DNA of 64,000 nt, from positions 1-64,000 of the forward strand of contig JBFOMH010000001.1 in NCBI GenBank assembly GCA_040830765.1, written 5' to 3'. This DNA is from Puniceicoccaceae bacterium. Lineage in GTDB: Bacteria > Verrucomicrobiota > Verrucomicrobiia > Opitutales > Oceanipulchritudinaceae. How positions within the stretch are numbered: position 1 is the stretch's first letter; every line of letters begins with the position of its first letter. Under the pieces are notes generated by a model. That model made no database searches and was not told the origin of the DNA. It was given only the letters and a program-made list of their open reading frames with translations. The translations under genes and the position numbers were made by a program. Positions 27,563-37,389 of the stretch are shown in pieces.

Positions 27563-30520
27563 ATGAAAAGCAAACACCTGTTGACTGGGCTTAAGGCCCG
27601 GTGGAATGCGAACACTGCCCGGAAATGGGGGGCAATTGTATGTTGTATGGGATGCATTGGGCCAAGCACATTGTTGGCCCAGGAATCTGACAATGAAATG
27701 GCCGAGGAGGAAGTCTTCGAACTGGAGAGCTTCGAGGTAATCGGTCAGGAATTCAGCGCTTTCAAGGAAGCGATTGCCAACCAGCGGGAGGCCGGAAACA
27801 TCAAGACCGTAGTCGACTCCGGCGCCTTTGGTGACGTGACCGAAGGGAACATCGGTGAGTTCCTGAAATTCCTGCCTGGGGTCAGTGTTGACTACGTGGC
27901 GGCGGACATCCGTTCTGTTTCCGTCCGCGGATTGGCCTCTAACTTCACCCCGGTGATGATGGACGGCAATCGCATGGCCAGTGCTGCCTCATCAGAGTCC
28001 AGTCGGACCTTTGAGTTTGAGCAAGTTTCGCTGAACAATGTGGCTCGTATCGAAGTGACAAAGGTCCCCACCCCCGCCATGGAGGCGGATTCATTGGGTG
28101 GTTCCGTCAATATGGTCAGCCGGAATGCCTTTGAGGGAAAAGAGAAACTCGACTACCGGTTTTATTTCAATGTTCCCGAAGACTACATTAATCTAAGCAA
28201 GACGCCTGGACCTGGCTCCAAGTCGAGTTACAAGATCCGGCCGGGATTCGATTTCACGTATTCCAATCCGATTACGGAGGATTTTGGAATCGTGCTGAAC
28301 TACATGAACTCAGAAAGCTTCACTCCCCAGAAGTACTTCATCACCCAGTGGGATGTCCTTAGCAGTGAAGGCCAGGAGAATCCCTTCCTGCGGTATTTTA
28401 ACCTCCGTGATGGGCCCAAGATTTCCAACCGGGAAAGTCTCGGGCTCAAGTTGGATTGGCGGATTCTTCCCTCCAGCATCCTCTCCTTCGGACTCCAGTA
28501 CAATGAGTACTCGACCACCTTCTATAATCGCGAAATCCGTTGGGAAATCAGCGGCAGTGTCGTCAATCCGGACACCTATGGCCCGACCTTCACCATGCGG
28601 GATCCTGATTTGAATCCCAACTCCCGTTTCCGCCATCAGATGAATACCCGGGAAAAGGTCGGTGAAACGGTCCATGTTGACCTCGGTATGAAGCATTTCT
28701 GGGACAAGTGGGAACTCAGTTATGATGGTTACTATTCAAAGTCCACAAATGACTACGAGGATACTGACAACGGCATTTTCGAACGGGTTGTATTCCGGAC
28801 GGTAACTGGAGAGCTTCCTCTTGACGTGGCCTACCTTGATATTGGGAACAATGGTCCTGCAGAGGTCAGCACCACAGTCGGTGGCCAACCTTTCGACTCC
28901 TTCGTCCTGACCGATGACAACACAATGGAGTACGTCCGTTCGTCCCCGGAACAAGCCTCCGACGAAATCTATGGCGGAAAGTTCGACCTCAAGCGTTCCT
29001 TCACCCTGGCTGACAATCCGGCTGCCCTCCAGGTCGGTGCCCTTTACAGGAGCCAGGAGAGGAACATCGACCGTCAGCAGTATCGCTACGATCCGAATGG
29101 ATTCTACACCGTCAACACTCCCGGCAGTGCATCTTTCCTGGATGAAAATTACCTCGGCCAGAAACTTGCTTTTGGCTGGCCCGCTCCTGAATGGCCGGAC
29201 GCCAAGTCAGTCTATGAATACTTCCTCGACAACCCTGAGCAGTTCACCCTCCGCGAAGTGGATAGCGTCATCTACAATGCCGAAAACCTCCAGCGGGTTG
29301 AGGAGGAAGTCTCTGCCGCTTACCTCATGGGGACTTTCAACCTCATGGACAGTCGCCTCAAGATCATCACTGGTTTTCGTTACGAAAAGACCGACACCGA
29401 GGGTGAAGGATTCCTGTATGATGAAACCGTCATCTATGAGCTGAATGAGGATGGCAGTTTCAAGAAGAAGGTCGATTTCCTCCCCGACAATCCGCAGAAC
29501 CGGATTCTCAAGCCGGAATTCGAAGGCAGCAGCACAGATCCGACTGTCATCGCCAACCGCATCCGGGCTCAATACGCTGGACGCCGGACCACCACGAACA
29601 GCTATGACGGGTATTACCCCAGCCTGCACACGACCTACCTGATTACCGACAATCTCCAGGCCCGGTTCAGCTATGCCAAAACTCTTGGCCGGCCCGACAT
29701 CGATGACTTGGCCCCCGGAATCCGGTATAATGCGGTTGCTTCACCTGATGAAGAAGGTGAAGACCGCTACACGGTCATTGTCAGTAATCCGGCCCTCGAA
29801 TCGTATTCCAGTGACAATTATGATGTCTCCCTGGAATATTACTTTGCCTCCGGCGGTGTAGCTTCCGTGGGCCTCTTCCACAAGAAAATTACCGGATTCA
29901 TCGACACCCGCACCACGCTACTGACCGATGAACTGGCCGAGACCCTCGGTGTTGACCCCGTCTATGTTGACCTCGGCTGGCAGGTGGAAACAACCGTCAA
30001 TGCCGGTGATGTCACTATCAAGGGCTACGAGCTGTCTCTGATCCAGGAACTGAAGTCCATCTGGGAGCCCCTCGACGGGTTTTCCGTCTTTGCCAATGCC
30101 ACTGCCCTTTCCACTACCGGTGATTATGGGAGCGATCAGGATCAATTGGTCAGCACTTATGTACCGGGATTCGTCAAGCAGACAGGCAACTGGGGTATCA
30201 CCTACGACAAAGGCCCATGGGATATCCGCTTGAAGTGGAACTACCGGGGCAAGCAAATGCGCGACTCCGGAACCATTCGGGGGACTTTTTCCGCTGACGG
30301 CTCGGTCTGGAACCGGTTCTATGATGAGCGCCTGACCACCGATATTAACCTTGAGTACAAATTCTCCGACTATGTACGGTTGTTCCTCAACGGCCGGAAC
30401 ATCTTCAATGTCACGACCGACCAGCTCCGGGTCGGAGTCGATACACCCGGCTACGCTTACCTTGAACGGCGTGAGCAGTTTGGAGCGCTGTGGAGTATCG
30501 GAATCAAGGGAACATACTGA
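27563..30520 (+). CDS. TonB-dependent receptor
   Basis: Plug motifs NIGEFLKFLPGV and IEVTKVPTP...SLGGSVN; NPALE..SDNYDVSLEYY; terminal aromatic residue (IKGTY). Confidence 0.95.
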   Translation: MKSKHLLTGLKARWNANTARKWGAIVCCMGCIGPSTLLAQESDNEMAEEEVFELESFEVIGQEFSAFKEAIANQREAGNIKTVVDSGAFGDVTEGNIGEFLKFLPGVSVDYVAADIRSVSVRGLASNFTPVMMDGNRMASAASSESSRTFEFEQVSLNNVARIEVTKVPTPAMEADSLGGSVNMVSRNAFEGKEKLDYRFYFNVPEDYINLSKTPGPGSKSSYKIRPGFDFTYSNPITEDFGIVLNYMNSESFTPQKYFITQWDVLSSEGQENPFLRYFNLRDGPKISNRESLGLKLDWRILPSSILSFGLQYNEYSTTFYNREIRWEISGSVVNPDTYGPTFTMRDPDLNPNSRFRHQMNTREKVGETVHVDLGMKHFWDKWELSYDGYYSKSTNDYEDTDNGIFERVVFRTVTGELPLDVAYLDIGNNGPAEVSTTVGGQPFDSFVLTDDNTMEYVRSSPEQASDEIYGGKFDLKRSFTLADNPAALQVGALYRSQERNIDRQQYRYDPNGFYTVNTPGSASFLDENYLGQKLAFGWPAPEWPDAKSVYEYFLDNPEQFTLREVDSVIYNAENLQRVEEEVSAAYLMGTFNLMDSRLKIITGFRYEKTDTEGEGFLYDETVIYELNEDGSFKKKVDFLPDNPQNRILKPEFEGSSTDPTVIANRIRAQYAGRRTTTNSYDGYYPSLHTTYLITDNLQARFSYAKTLGRPDIDDLAPGIRYNAVASPDEEGEDRYTVIVSNPALESYSSDNYDVSLEYYFASGGVASVGLFHKKITGFIDTRTTLLTDELAETLGVDPVYVDLGWQVETTVNAGDVTIKGYELSLIQELKSIWEPLDGFSVFANATALSTTGDYGSDQDQLVSTYVPGFVKQTGNWGITYDKGPWDIRLKWNYRGKQMRDSGTIRGTFSADGSVWNRFYDERLTTDINLEYKFSDYVRLFLNGRNIFNVTTDQLRVGVDTPGYAYLERREQFGALWSIGIKGTY

Positions 30521-30569
30521 GTCCTGCTCTGACTATTTATATTAACTATTCAAACCATCCTATTACCAA

Positions 30570-31694
30570 ATGAAAAAATACCTTACATTCATTATTGCCG
30601 CCCCCATCCTTTGTGGCTCCCTTTCAGCTGAAGTCGTTCGCTTGTATGACAGCTTCGTGGAACCGGGAACGACCGGATTCAGCTTCATCAAGGAAGGAAC
30701 GAATTTTGGTACCACCTGGGGTGCCTTGATTACGCCGGAAACACCCATGGACGGGCATATTGCCGGTTTCCGCCTCTGGAGTGCCGAGTTTGGCAGTTAT
30801 TCCCGGGCCGATGCCTCTCTGCGCCTGGGCGCCGATATTCAGGAAGCCTTCCGCTTTTCCTGGAAGGCCCATAACCAGAACTATTACTGGGTGACCAGCG
30901 GTAAGCGCAAAGTCGCCCTGCGGGCCGCCAACCAGAGCATTGAGGAAACTGTCATCAATTCCAGTTCCGCCAATTACCAGAATCTCGTTGAAATGTTCGC
31001 CGACGGGACCGTCGGTGGCGCCTGGACCCGCCTTGAGGACGGTAGCGGGGCTGGTAGTTACGTGACCGATCCGGGAGGTGGCGAAGGCCCCGATCCGGTG
31101 CCTCTCTCAACACACAAGTTCGACCTCGTGGTCAATGCCTCCAGTACCGAAAACTACACCTACGTCCTCAAGGGCGTCGAGCGCACCCTGCACCCGATGC
31201 GCATTGACCTCTTTATCGATGATATCCTGGTGACTCCGGCGGAGAATCCGAATGGCTCCTATTACGAAATCAAGAGCGGCTTTGATCCAATGGCCGGTTT
31301 CGGGACCTTCTCCTTTACCACGGCTACATCCGGACACTCCCAAACGGACTTTGTCCTTGATGAAATCTACCTCTACACAGGAGATGATGTGGAAGACGGG
31401 ACAACCGCCACACCCATGCCAATCGACTATCTATTGGCCACTTCCTACCCGTGGGGCTTTGACTGGTATTACAATGGTCTCCTGCAGAGCTTCTGGTGCA
31501 CCGGCGAGAGCAACTGGATCTACACCCGCAGCGGATGGTTCTATACCGGTTATGCGGATGACGATGCGCTCTACTTTTACCGGTTTGTTGAGAATGACTG
31601 GCTCTATGTTCCGTCAGTGTCCCCGAATTACGTCTATATCTATGGCGCAGACTGGCACTACTGGACACCGGAAGGCGAATTCCTGAAGATTTAA
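30570..31694 (+). CDS. Secreted hypothetical protein with Trp/Tyr-rich C-terminal domain
   Basis: Signal peptide; tail NWIYTRSGWFY...WLYVP...YIYGADW. Confidence 0.75.
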   Translation: MKKYLTFIIAAPILCGSLSAEVVRLYDSFVEPGTTGFSFIKEGTNFGTTWGALITPETPMDGHIAGFRLWSAEFGSYSRADASLRLGADIQEAFRFSWKAHNQNYYWVTSGKRKVALRAANQSIEETVINSSSANYQNLVEMFADGTVGGAWTRLEDGSGAGSYVTDPGGGEGPDPVPLSTHKFDLVVNASSTENYTYVLKGVERTLHPMRIDLFIDDILVTPAENPNGSYYEIKSGFDPMAGFGTFSFTTATSGHSQTDFVLDEIYLYTGDDVEDGTTATPMPIDYLLATSYPWGFDWYYNGLLQSFWCTGESNWIYTRSGWFYTGYADDDALYFYRFVENDWLYVPSVSPNYVYIYGADWHYWTPEGEFLKI

Positions 31695-31733
31695 TCTGGT
31701 TAGTCAAAACCACCGTAGAAAGTTGTTTCCCCT

Positions 31734-33551
31734 ATGAAACATACGCGGGCCCTGTGCCTTTTTCTTCTTCTGCTGGCCACAACCTCCCTTCTCCAGGGAG
31801 CTCCCCTCGCCTTTCCGGGCGCGGAGGGCTTTGGCAAGGATGTCACCGGTGGCCGGGGCGGCGTGGTCATAGAGGTCACCAACCTTAACGACACTGGCCC
31901 GGGTTCCCTGCGGGCGGCTATCCAGGCCAGCGGGCCCCGGACAGTGGTCTTCCGCGTTTCGGGAACGATTTATCTCAACAGCACCCTGACCATCCGCAAT
32001 GGCGATCTGACTATTGCCGGACAGACCGCACCTGGAGATGGTATAACCATCGCCAGGCGTGGCCTCAAGATCGACAAGGCCAGGAACGTTATCATTCGGT
32101 TCATCCGGGCCCGTCTTGGAGACCTCTATCCCCGCGACAACAATCTGGCCACCTTTGAGTCCGATGCTTTTGAGTGTCGTTACGCAACCGGAATCATCAT
32201 CGACCACTGCAGTTTTTCATGGAGTATCGATGAAACCGCTACAGCTTACAATAACAAGGACTTCACGATGCAATGGTGCATCGTATCCGAGGCCCTCAAC
32301 AATTCCTACCACAGCAAGGGTTCCCACGGTTACGGGGGCATCTGGGGCGGGAAAAACGCCACCTTCCACCATAACCTCATAGCTCATCACCGCAGTCGCC
32401 TGCCCCGCTTCAATGGCGCCCGCTACGACGACTATGCGGCATGGGGGGATGGCGAGGTGGACCACCGGCACAATGTCATCTACAACTGGGCCGATAACAG
32501 TGCTTACGGGGCTGAGCCAAACAAGAGTGGGTTCAAGGCGAAGTACAATATCGTTGGCAATGTCTACAAGCCCGGTCCGGCAACCCGAAGCTCCCGGGTC
32601 GATCGTATACTCGAAGTGTATCCGGATCCCCAGTCCGGTGCGGTCAGCTCCTTCAACGTCGAGGGGAACTACGTCTTCGGCACCCTGAACACCTCCCGCG
32701 ACAACTGGATTGGTGTCGACAACATCCCGCCGGGTGAATTGCCGGCAGCCAAATCCGACGAACCTTTCCCGATGCCGGATGTCGAATATTTCCCGGCCCT
32801 TGAAGCGTATCAGCAAGTTCTCACACATGCCGGGGCCAGCTTCCCGAAACGGGACAGTATCGACAATCGCATCATCGAGGAAGTCCGGACCGGAACGGCC
32901 ACCTACGGCAACAATGGGCTCATCGACTCGCAAGACGAAGTCGGAGGCTACCCTGTCCTTGAGTCCCTACCGGCACCTGTCGATACCGACAAGGATGGCA
33001 TGCCGGACGACTGGGAAAGCGACCATGGCCTCAATCCGGACGATCCTTCGGATCGCAACGGTGACCTCGACGGCAATGGCTACACCAATCTTGAGGAATA
33101 CTTGAATGGCTTGGTCGAGGACTTTTTCAGTTACGGGGAGGTCCTGACCTATGATGCGTGGAGCGATTGGGGCATTTGGGACCCGGTTCTTCCAAAAGGA
33201 AGGGAAGAAGATGCAGACGGTGACGCCGTCGACAACTTTCACGAGTTCACCTTTACAGGTGATGTCCTGACCCCCGACTTCGAGAAGGTCTTCCCGGTCT
33301 TTGATGCCGATACGGTGCTGAACCTTTATTACCGCCGCGGAACAAATCTGGACTACGCGATCCAGTCTTCACCGGATCTCACCAGCTGGACCACCGAATG
33401 GACCTCTGGAGACGACCCCTCCCATCCAAGGATTGAATCGTTCAGTTGGGGTTTCCATACCGACCAGCTGACCTGGCAGGCCGGATTGGAAGAGGGACAA
33501 TCGGTCCTGTTTTGGCGCATCAAGGTAACGGAATCACCCCCGGCCCTGTGA
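31734..33551 (+). CDS. Pectate lyase (PL1-like) with DxDxDG Ca-binding motifs and verrucomicrobial-type C-terminal domain
   Basis: AFPGAEGFG, GGRGG, GPGSLRAA, IAGQTAPGDGI, IIDHCSFSWSIDE, DTDKDGMPDDWE. Confidence 0.92.
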   Translation: MKHTRALCLFLLLLATTSLLQGAPLAFPGAEGFGKDVTGGRGGVVIEVTNLNDTGPGSLRAAIQASGPRTVVFRVSGTIYLNSTLTIRNGDLTIAGQTAPGDGITIARRGLKIDKARNVIIRFIRARLGDLYPRDNNLATFESDAFECRYATGIIIDHCSFSWSIDETATAYNNKDFTMQWCIVSEALNNSYHSKGSHGYGGIWGGKNATFHHNLIAHHRSRLPRFNGARYDDYAAWGDGEVDHRHNVIYNWADNSAYGAEPNKSGFKAKYNIVGNVYKPGPATRSSRVDRILEVYPDPQSGAVSSFNVEGNYVFGTLNTSRDNWIGVDNIPPGELPAAKSDEPFPMPDVEYFPALEAYQQVLTHAGASFPKRDSIDNRIIEEVRTGTATYGNNGLIDSQDEVGGYPVLESLPAPVDTDKDGMPDDWESDHGLNPDDPSDRNGDLDGNGYTNLEEYLNGLVEDFFSYGEVLTYDAWSDWGIWDPVLPKGREEDADGDAVDNFHEFTFTGDVLTPDFEKVFPVFDADTVLNLYYRRGTNLDYAIQSSPDLTSWTTEWTSGDDPSHPRIESFSWGFHTDQLTWQAGLEEGQSVLFWRIKVTESPPAL

Positions 33552-33613
33552 TCCGGATGGTCCACGGCAATTTTAAATTGCCAATTTAGGGCTCAGGATG
33601 TCCCATCAGCACC

Positions 33614-34774
33614 ATGCTCAATATTGCCCTCTTCGGCCCGCCAGGCGCGGGTAAAGGAACCCAGTCGGAACGGCTGATCAAGGAATTCAATCTCTTCTAC
33701 ATTTCCACAGGTGACCTTCTGCGAAAGGAACTCGCGGAAGGGACCCCGCTCGGGGAGCAGGCCAGGGAAATCATCGCCTCCGGGGATCTCGTCTCCGATG
33801 AGATCATCGTCCAGATTATCGAGAAAACGATTGCCGAAAACACCCAGGCCAACGGTTTCCTCTTTGACGGCTTTCCGCGGACAACCATCCAGGCCTACAT
33901 CCTCGAAGGGCTGATGATCAAGCTGAACACCTCCCTCACCTGCTTGATTGACCTGCATGTGCCGGAGGAGGTCTCCATCGAGCGACTGCTCAATCGGGGA
34001 AAGACATCCGGGCGCAGCGACGATAACGAGGAAGTCATTCGCAACCGTCTCAGGGAATACCGGGAAAAAACCCTGCCCGTCCTCCAGTTCTACAAGGACA
34101 AGGGGGTCAGCTTCGAGGTCGATGCCACCCAGTCCATTGACAAAGTGCACCACGACGTGCTGGAAATCATCCGCCAGGAACAGAACAAGCGGCTCTCCAA
34201 TATCGTTATCTTCGGCCACCCGGGTTCCGGTCGGGGCTCCCAAGGCAAGGCCATCGCTGAGAAGTTTGGTCTCGAATATGTGGCCACCGGACCCATGCTG
34301 CAGGAAGAGATTGAGGCCGGAACGGAGTTGGGGGCAAGGATCGAAGCCCTCTACGCCAGTGGGGAACTTGTCCCCGACGAAATTGTCGTGCCCTTGATTG
34401 AAAAACGTCTTGAGAATGCTGCCAACGTACGGGGTTTTATCTTCAAGGGCTTTCCCCGCACCCTCGTCCAGTCCTACATCCTCGAAGGCCTCTTGCGCAA
34501 GCACGACGCCTCCATCTCAAAGGTCATCGAAATCGAGGTGCCGACCCTTGAACTGATTCGCCGGCTCGATGAGCGCAGCAAGACCGACCGTTGCATGCCC
34601 TACGACTCCAGCACAGCGAAGATCGTCAAGCGCCTGCACGAGCACGAGGAAAAGACCGTTCCCGTGATCGAGAAATACAACCAGTTGCATGAGGTCTCCA
34701 AGGTGGACGGCATGGCTCCTTTCGATGTCGTCTTCGATCGCATCGTCGACATCATTGAGCCGAAGGAGCTGTAG
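33614..34774 (+). CDS. adk: Adenylate kinase with two tandem AK domains
   Basis: Domain 1: GPPGAGKGTQ, DGFPRT. Domain 2: GHPGSGRGSQ, KGFPRT. Confidence 0.92.
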   Translation: MLNIALFGPPGAGKGTQSERLIKEFNLFYISTGDLLRKELAEGTPLGEQAREIIASGDLVSDEIIVQIIEKTIAENTQANGFLFDGFPRTTIQAYILEGLMIKLNTSLTCLIDLHVPEEVSIERLLNRGKTSGRSDDNEEVIRNRLREYREKTLPVLQFYKDKGVSFEVDATQSIDKVHHDVLEIIRQEQNKRLSNIVIFGHPGSGRGSQGKAIAEKFGLEYVATGPMLQEEIEAGTELGARIEALYASGELVPDEIVVPLIEKRLENAANVRGFIFKGFPRTLVQSYILEGLLRKHDASISKVIEIEVPTLELIRRLDERSKTDRCMPYDSSTAKIVKRLHEHEEKTVPVIEKYNQLHEVSKVDGMAPFDVVFDRIVDIIEPKEL

Positions 34775-34785
34775 GGGGAATAGAC

Positions 34786-35865
34786 TCAGGTGCCAAGGTA
34801 CACCCAGGCTCCACTGGTGCTGACGTTTTCGCCGGGACAGAATATCCACTTGCCCAAGGAGACCGACCAGATCCACGGATCATTTTCCGCCCAGATCCAA
34901 CCAAGCCAGGGCGTGGTGTCGCAATAGCCATCTGGCCGGACCTCGTAGGGCCCAAACATGGTCGACGTGTTGAAGTTGATGGCCTCCTGCAATTCGTATC
35001 CGAGATCAAGTACCCAGTATTCGCCACACAGACCCAGTCCAACGGCTTTGATATCGGGATTTAGCAAAACCTCATTTTGCGGGGCACTGCTCACCCATGC
35101 CTGGAAAACGGAATCCACCGATGAAAATCCGAAGGCCAGAAGCTCAATGTTTAAAAAGTTATACCCAAATGCCTGGATGCGTTCATTACTGTCCCGTCCA
35201 AGGGAGTCGGTGCGGGAGAAATTCCCTGAAGACAGGATGTCATCCGCCATCCAGCGAGCGGATTCCAATAAAATGGAATCCCCTCCCACTGGATCGACAT
35301 TGTTCGATTCGCGGTGCTCGTTCAACAAGTTGACCAGCTGCTCCAGCTCCGCAAGCCCCGTCGGGTCTGGAATACTGACGAAATCGATCGTGTCCTGCAG
35401 GGTGTAGCCCAAATCCAGCACCCAGTAGGTTCCCGCCTTTCCCAATCCGATGGTCGCGATTTCCGGGCTCAACAGGACCGCATTGTGCTCGGTGCTTTCT
35501 ATCCATGCATCCAGAACATCGGAGACGACATTATACCCGAAGGCGAGCAGTTCAATACTGGTATGGTTGTAGCCGAATGCCTGGATCCGTTCCGCACTAT
35601 CCCGTTCCAGGGAATCTATGCGCGAAAAATTGCCTGAAACAAGAATATCCTCGGCCATCCATTGCGCTGAGGTTATCAAGTTTTCATCCCCACTCACAGG
35701 AGCCTGGCTGTTTGCTTCCCGGTGTTCATTCAACAACTGGATGAATGTTTCCAGTTGCTGGTAGTCCGGTCCTGAAATGTCCGCAATCATTCCAAGCGGG
35801 AAGTTTGCAATCGCGGCAAGAAGCAAATTTAACCTTACCAGCTTGTGGATTTGGAACTGTCGCAT
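34786..35865 (-). CDS. Secreted protein with two tandem CAP (SCP) domains and a Trp-rich tail
   Basis: Twice LLNEHR...ERIQAFGY...W..S...LL.P....GLG....YWVLDLG; tail WLGWIWAENDPWIWS. Confidence 0.85.
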   Translation of the reverse strand: MRQFQIHKLVRLNLLLAAIANFPLGMIADISGPDYQQLETFIQLLNEHREANSQAPVSGDENLITSAQWMAEDILVSGNFSRIDSLERDSAERIQAFGYNHTSIELLAFGYNVVSDVLDAWIESTEHNAVLLSPEIATIGLGKAGTYWVLDLGYTLQDTIDFVSIPDPTGLAELEQLVNLLNEHRESNNVDPVGGDSILLESARWMADDILSSGNFSRTDSLGRDSNERIQAFGYNFLNIELLAFGFSSVDSVFQAWVSSAPQNEVLLNPDIKAVGLGLCGEYWVLDLGYELQEAINFNTSTMFGPYEVRPDGYCDTTPWLGWIWAENDPWIWSVSLGKWIFCPGENVSTSGAWVYLGT

Positions 35866-36069
35866 CGGTACCTTTCTTCGGTTCAAAACGGCGCATATAA
35901 GCGTTTAGTATTACCTGTATAAACTTTCCTAATCGATTTGTGGCAAAAGTCCAGCCAGAGATGGCCTGACGACTGCCAGACGTTTGCTTGTGTTGGTAAA
36001 AACCTGATTGGCCGAACAGTGGAAGATGAAACACTTGCCACAGGAATCTAAATGCCTCATGAGGAGCAG

Positions 36070-36531
36070 ATGAAGATTGAAGGACTGCGCAGTGGATATG
36101 TGAAGGTCGGGGGAATGTTCCATTTTGCCCGCATGTGTGACAAAATCCGGCTCCATTCTGAAGGAAAGTTGCCGGAAGATTATCATTCGCTGCTGGGTGA
36201 TGGCTTCGATGGACGTGTGGTAAAGTTCTTCCGGGTCCCTTATGACAAGGTACGCGAGCTGGTCCTTTCCGGGCAATCTGATGAAGATGTCTTTGCCTGG
36301 TGCCAGGCCAACGGGCGGCATCTCTCGGAAGAGGACTTGCTCATCTTCAACAGCTTCATGTCCAAGCGCGGATGGCGGGATGAGCAGGAATTCGGACACA
36401 ATCAACAGGTGCGCAAGGAATACGGACTGGCCGACAATCCCGACATCCAGACCGACTTTGACCTGATTGAAGCGGACGAGGGGCGCCCACTGGATGCATG
36501 GAAGGACGCCTGGCGACCAGCTTCGGAATGA
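36070..36531 (+). CDS. DUF5069-like protein
   Basis: GGMFHFARMCDKIRLHSEGKLPEDY and terminal FDLIEADEGR; GAGGAG RBS. Confidence 0.75.
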   Translation: MKIEGLRSGYVKVGGMFHFARMCDKIRLHSEGKLPEDYHSLLGDGFDGRVVKFFRVPYDKVRELVLSGQSDEDVFAWCQANGRHLSEEDLLIFNSFMSKRGWRDEQEFGHNQQVRKEYGLADNPDIQTDFDLIEADEGRPLDAWKDAWRPASE

Positions 36532-36535
36532 ATCC

Positions 36536-37285
36536 ATGCTTTTTTGGAACGGTAACAAATCACCTGTCCGGCAGCGCTATGAAAGCGAACTGCTACAGGC
36601 GATCCTTGATGCGTCCAGTCCGGTCTACGGTCCACTCGTCTTAAGCGAGGATCGGACGGACTATCCGCAGGCGGAGGACGAGGCGGATATCTTCAATAAA
36701 GGGGCAGATGTCACCGTGACGGTTGCCGGTAATCCGAAGTTCGCGGACCGGGACAAGTTGGTCATCGACCAGCCCATTGCCAAGGGAGTTTTGGGACAGC
36801 GGGTATTGATTATCCGGGAAGCTGACCAGGACGACTTTGCCGGTATCCACGAAGAGGCGGAATTGAAGGCCAAGGTGAGCGGCATTCCTGACACATGGGC
36901 CGATGTCGCCATCTTCGAAGCCAATGGCTATGCTGTGACGGAACGGGGTACGTTTGAGGACATCTTCCAGCGCCTCCGGCAGGGGCAGTTTGATTACGTC
37001 GCTCTTGGGGCTTTTGAGGTTAAGGATGTCTTCCAGTCAATGGCCCGAAGGGTTGGAGGCCTGGCTATTGAGAATTCCTTGATGCTGCAATACCCCATGC
37101 CGCTGGTCTTTTACGTGCACCCGGAGCGGGAGGAACTGGCCCACCGGATCATCGCTGGTCTGACCACGATTCAACGGAATGGCGTCCTGGATGCCCTTTT
37201 TACCTCCCACTTTGGCAAGGTTCTGCAAGACCTCTCTCTCGATCGCCGGACAGTTTTCCAACTACTTAATCCGCTTATTTCTTGA
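36536..37285 (+). CDS. Type 2 periplasmic-binding-fold protein (orphan, no clear signal peptide)
   Basis: PIAKGVLGQRVLII, WADVAIFEANG, LQYPMPLVFYV. Confidence 0.65.
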   Translation: MLFWNGNKSPVRQRYESELLQAILDASSPVYGPLVLSEDRTDYPQAEDEADIFNKGADVTVTVAGNPKFADRDKLVIDQPIAKGVLGQRVLIIREADQDDFAGIHEEAELKAKVSGIPDTWADVAIFEANGYAVTERGTFEDIFQRLRQGQFDYVALGAFEVKDVFQSMARRVGGLAIENSLMLQYPMPLVFYVHPEREELAHRIIAGLTTIQRNGVLDALFTSHFGKVLQDLSLDRRTVFQLLNPLIS

Positions 37286-37389
37286 GATCAGCCTTCTGGC
37301 CAGGGGAGGCACGATAACAGGCAATGAGCATTTAGATCTTCACCTTTTGGGGAAATTCCTGAGTAATCAATATCCGATCGTTGATCAAT

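Noticed and set aside
33593..34504. 303-aa ORF antisense to adk
   Set aside because: Explained by codon bias on the sense strand; it has no recognisable motifs.
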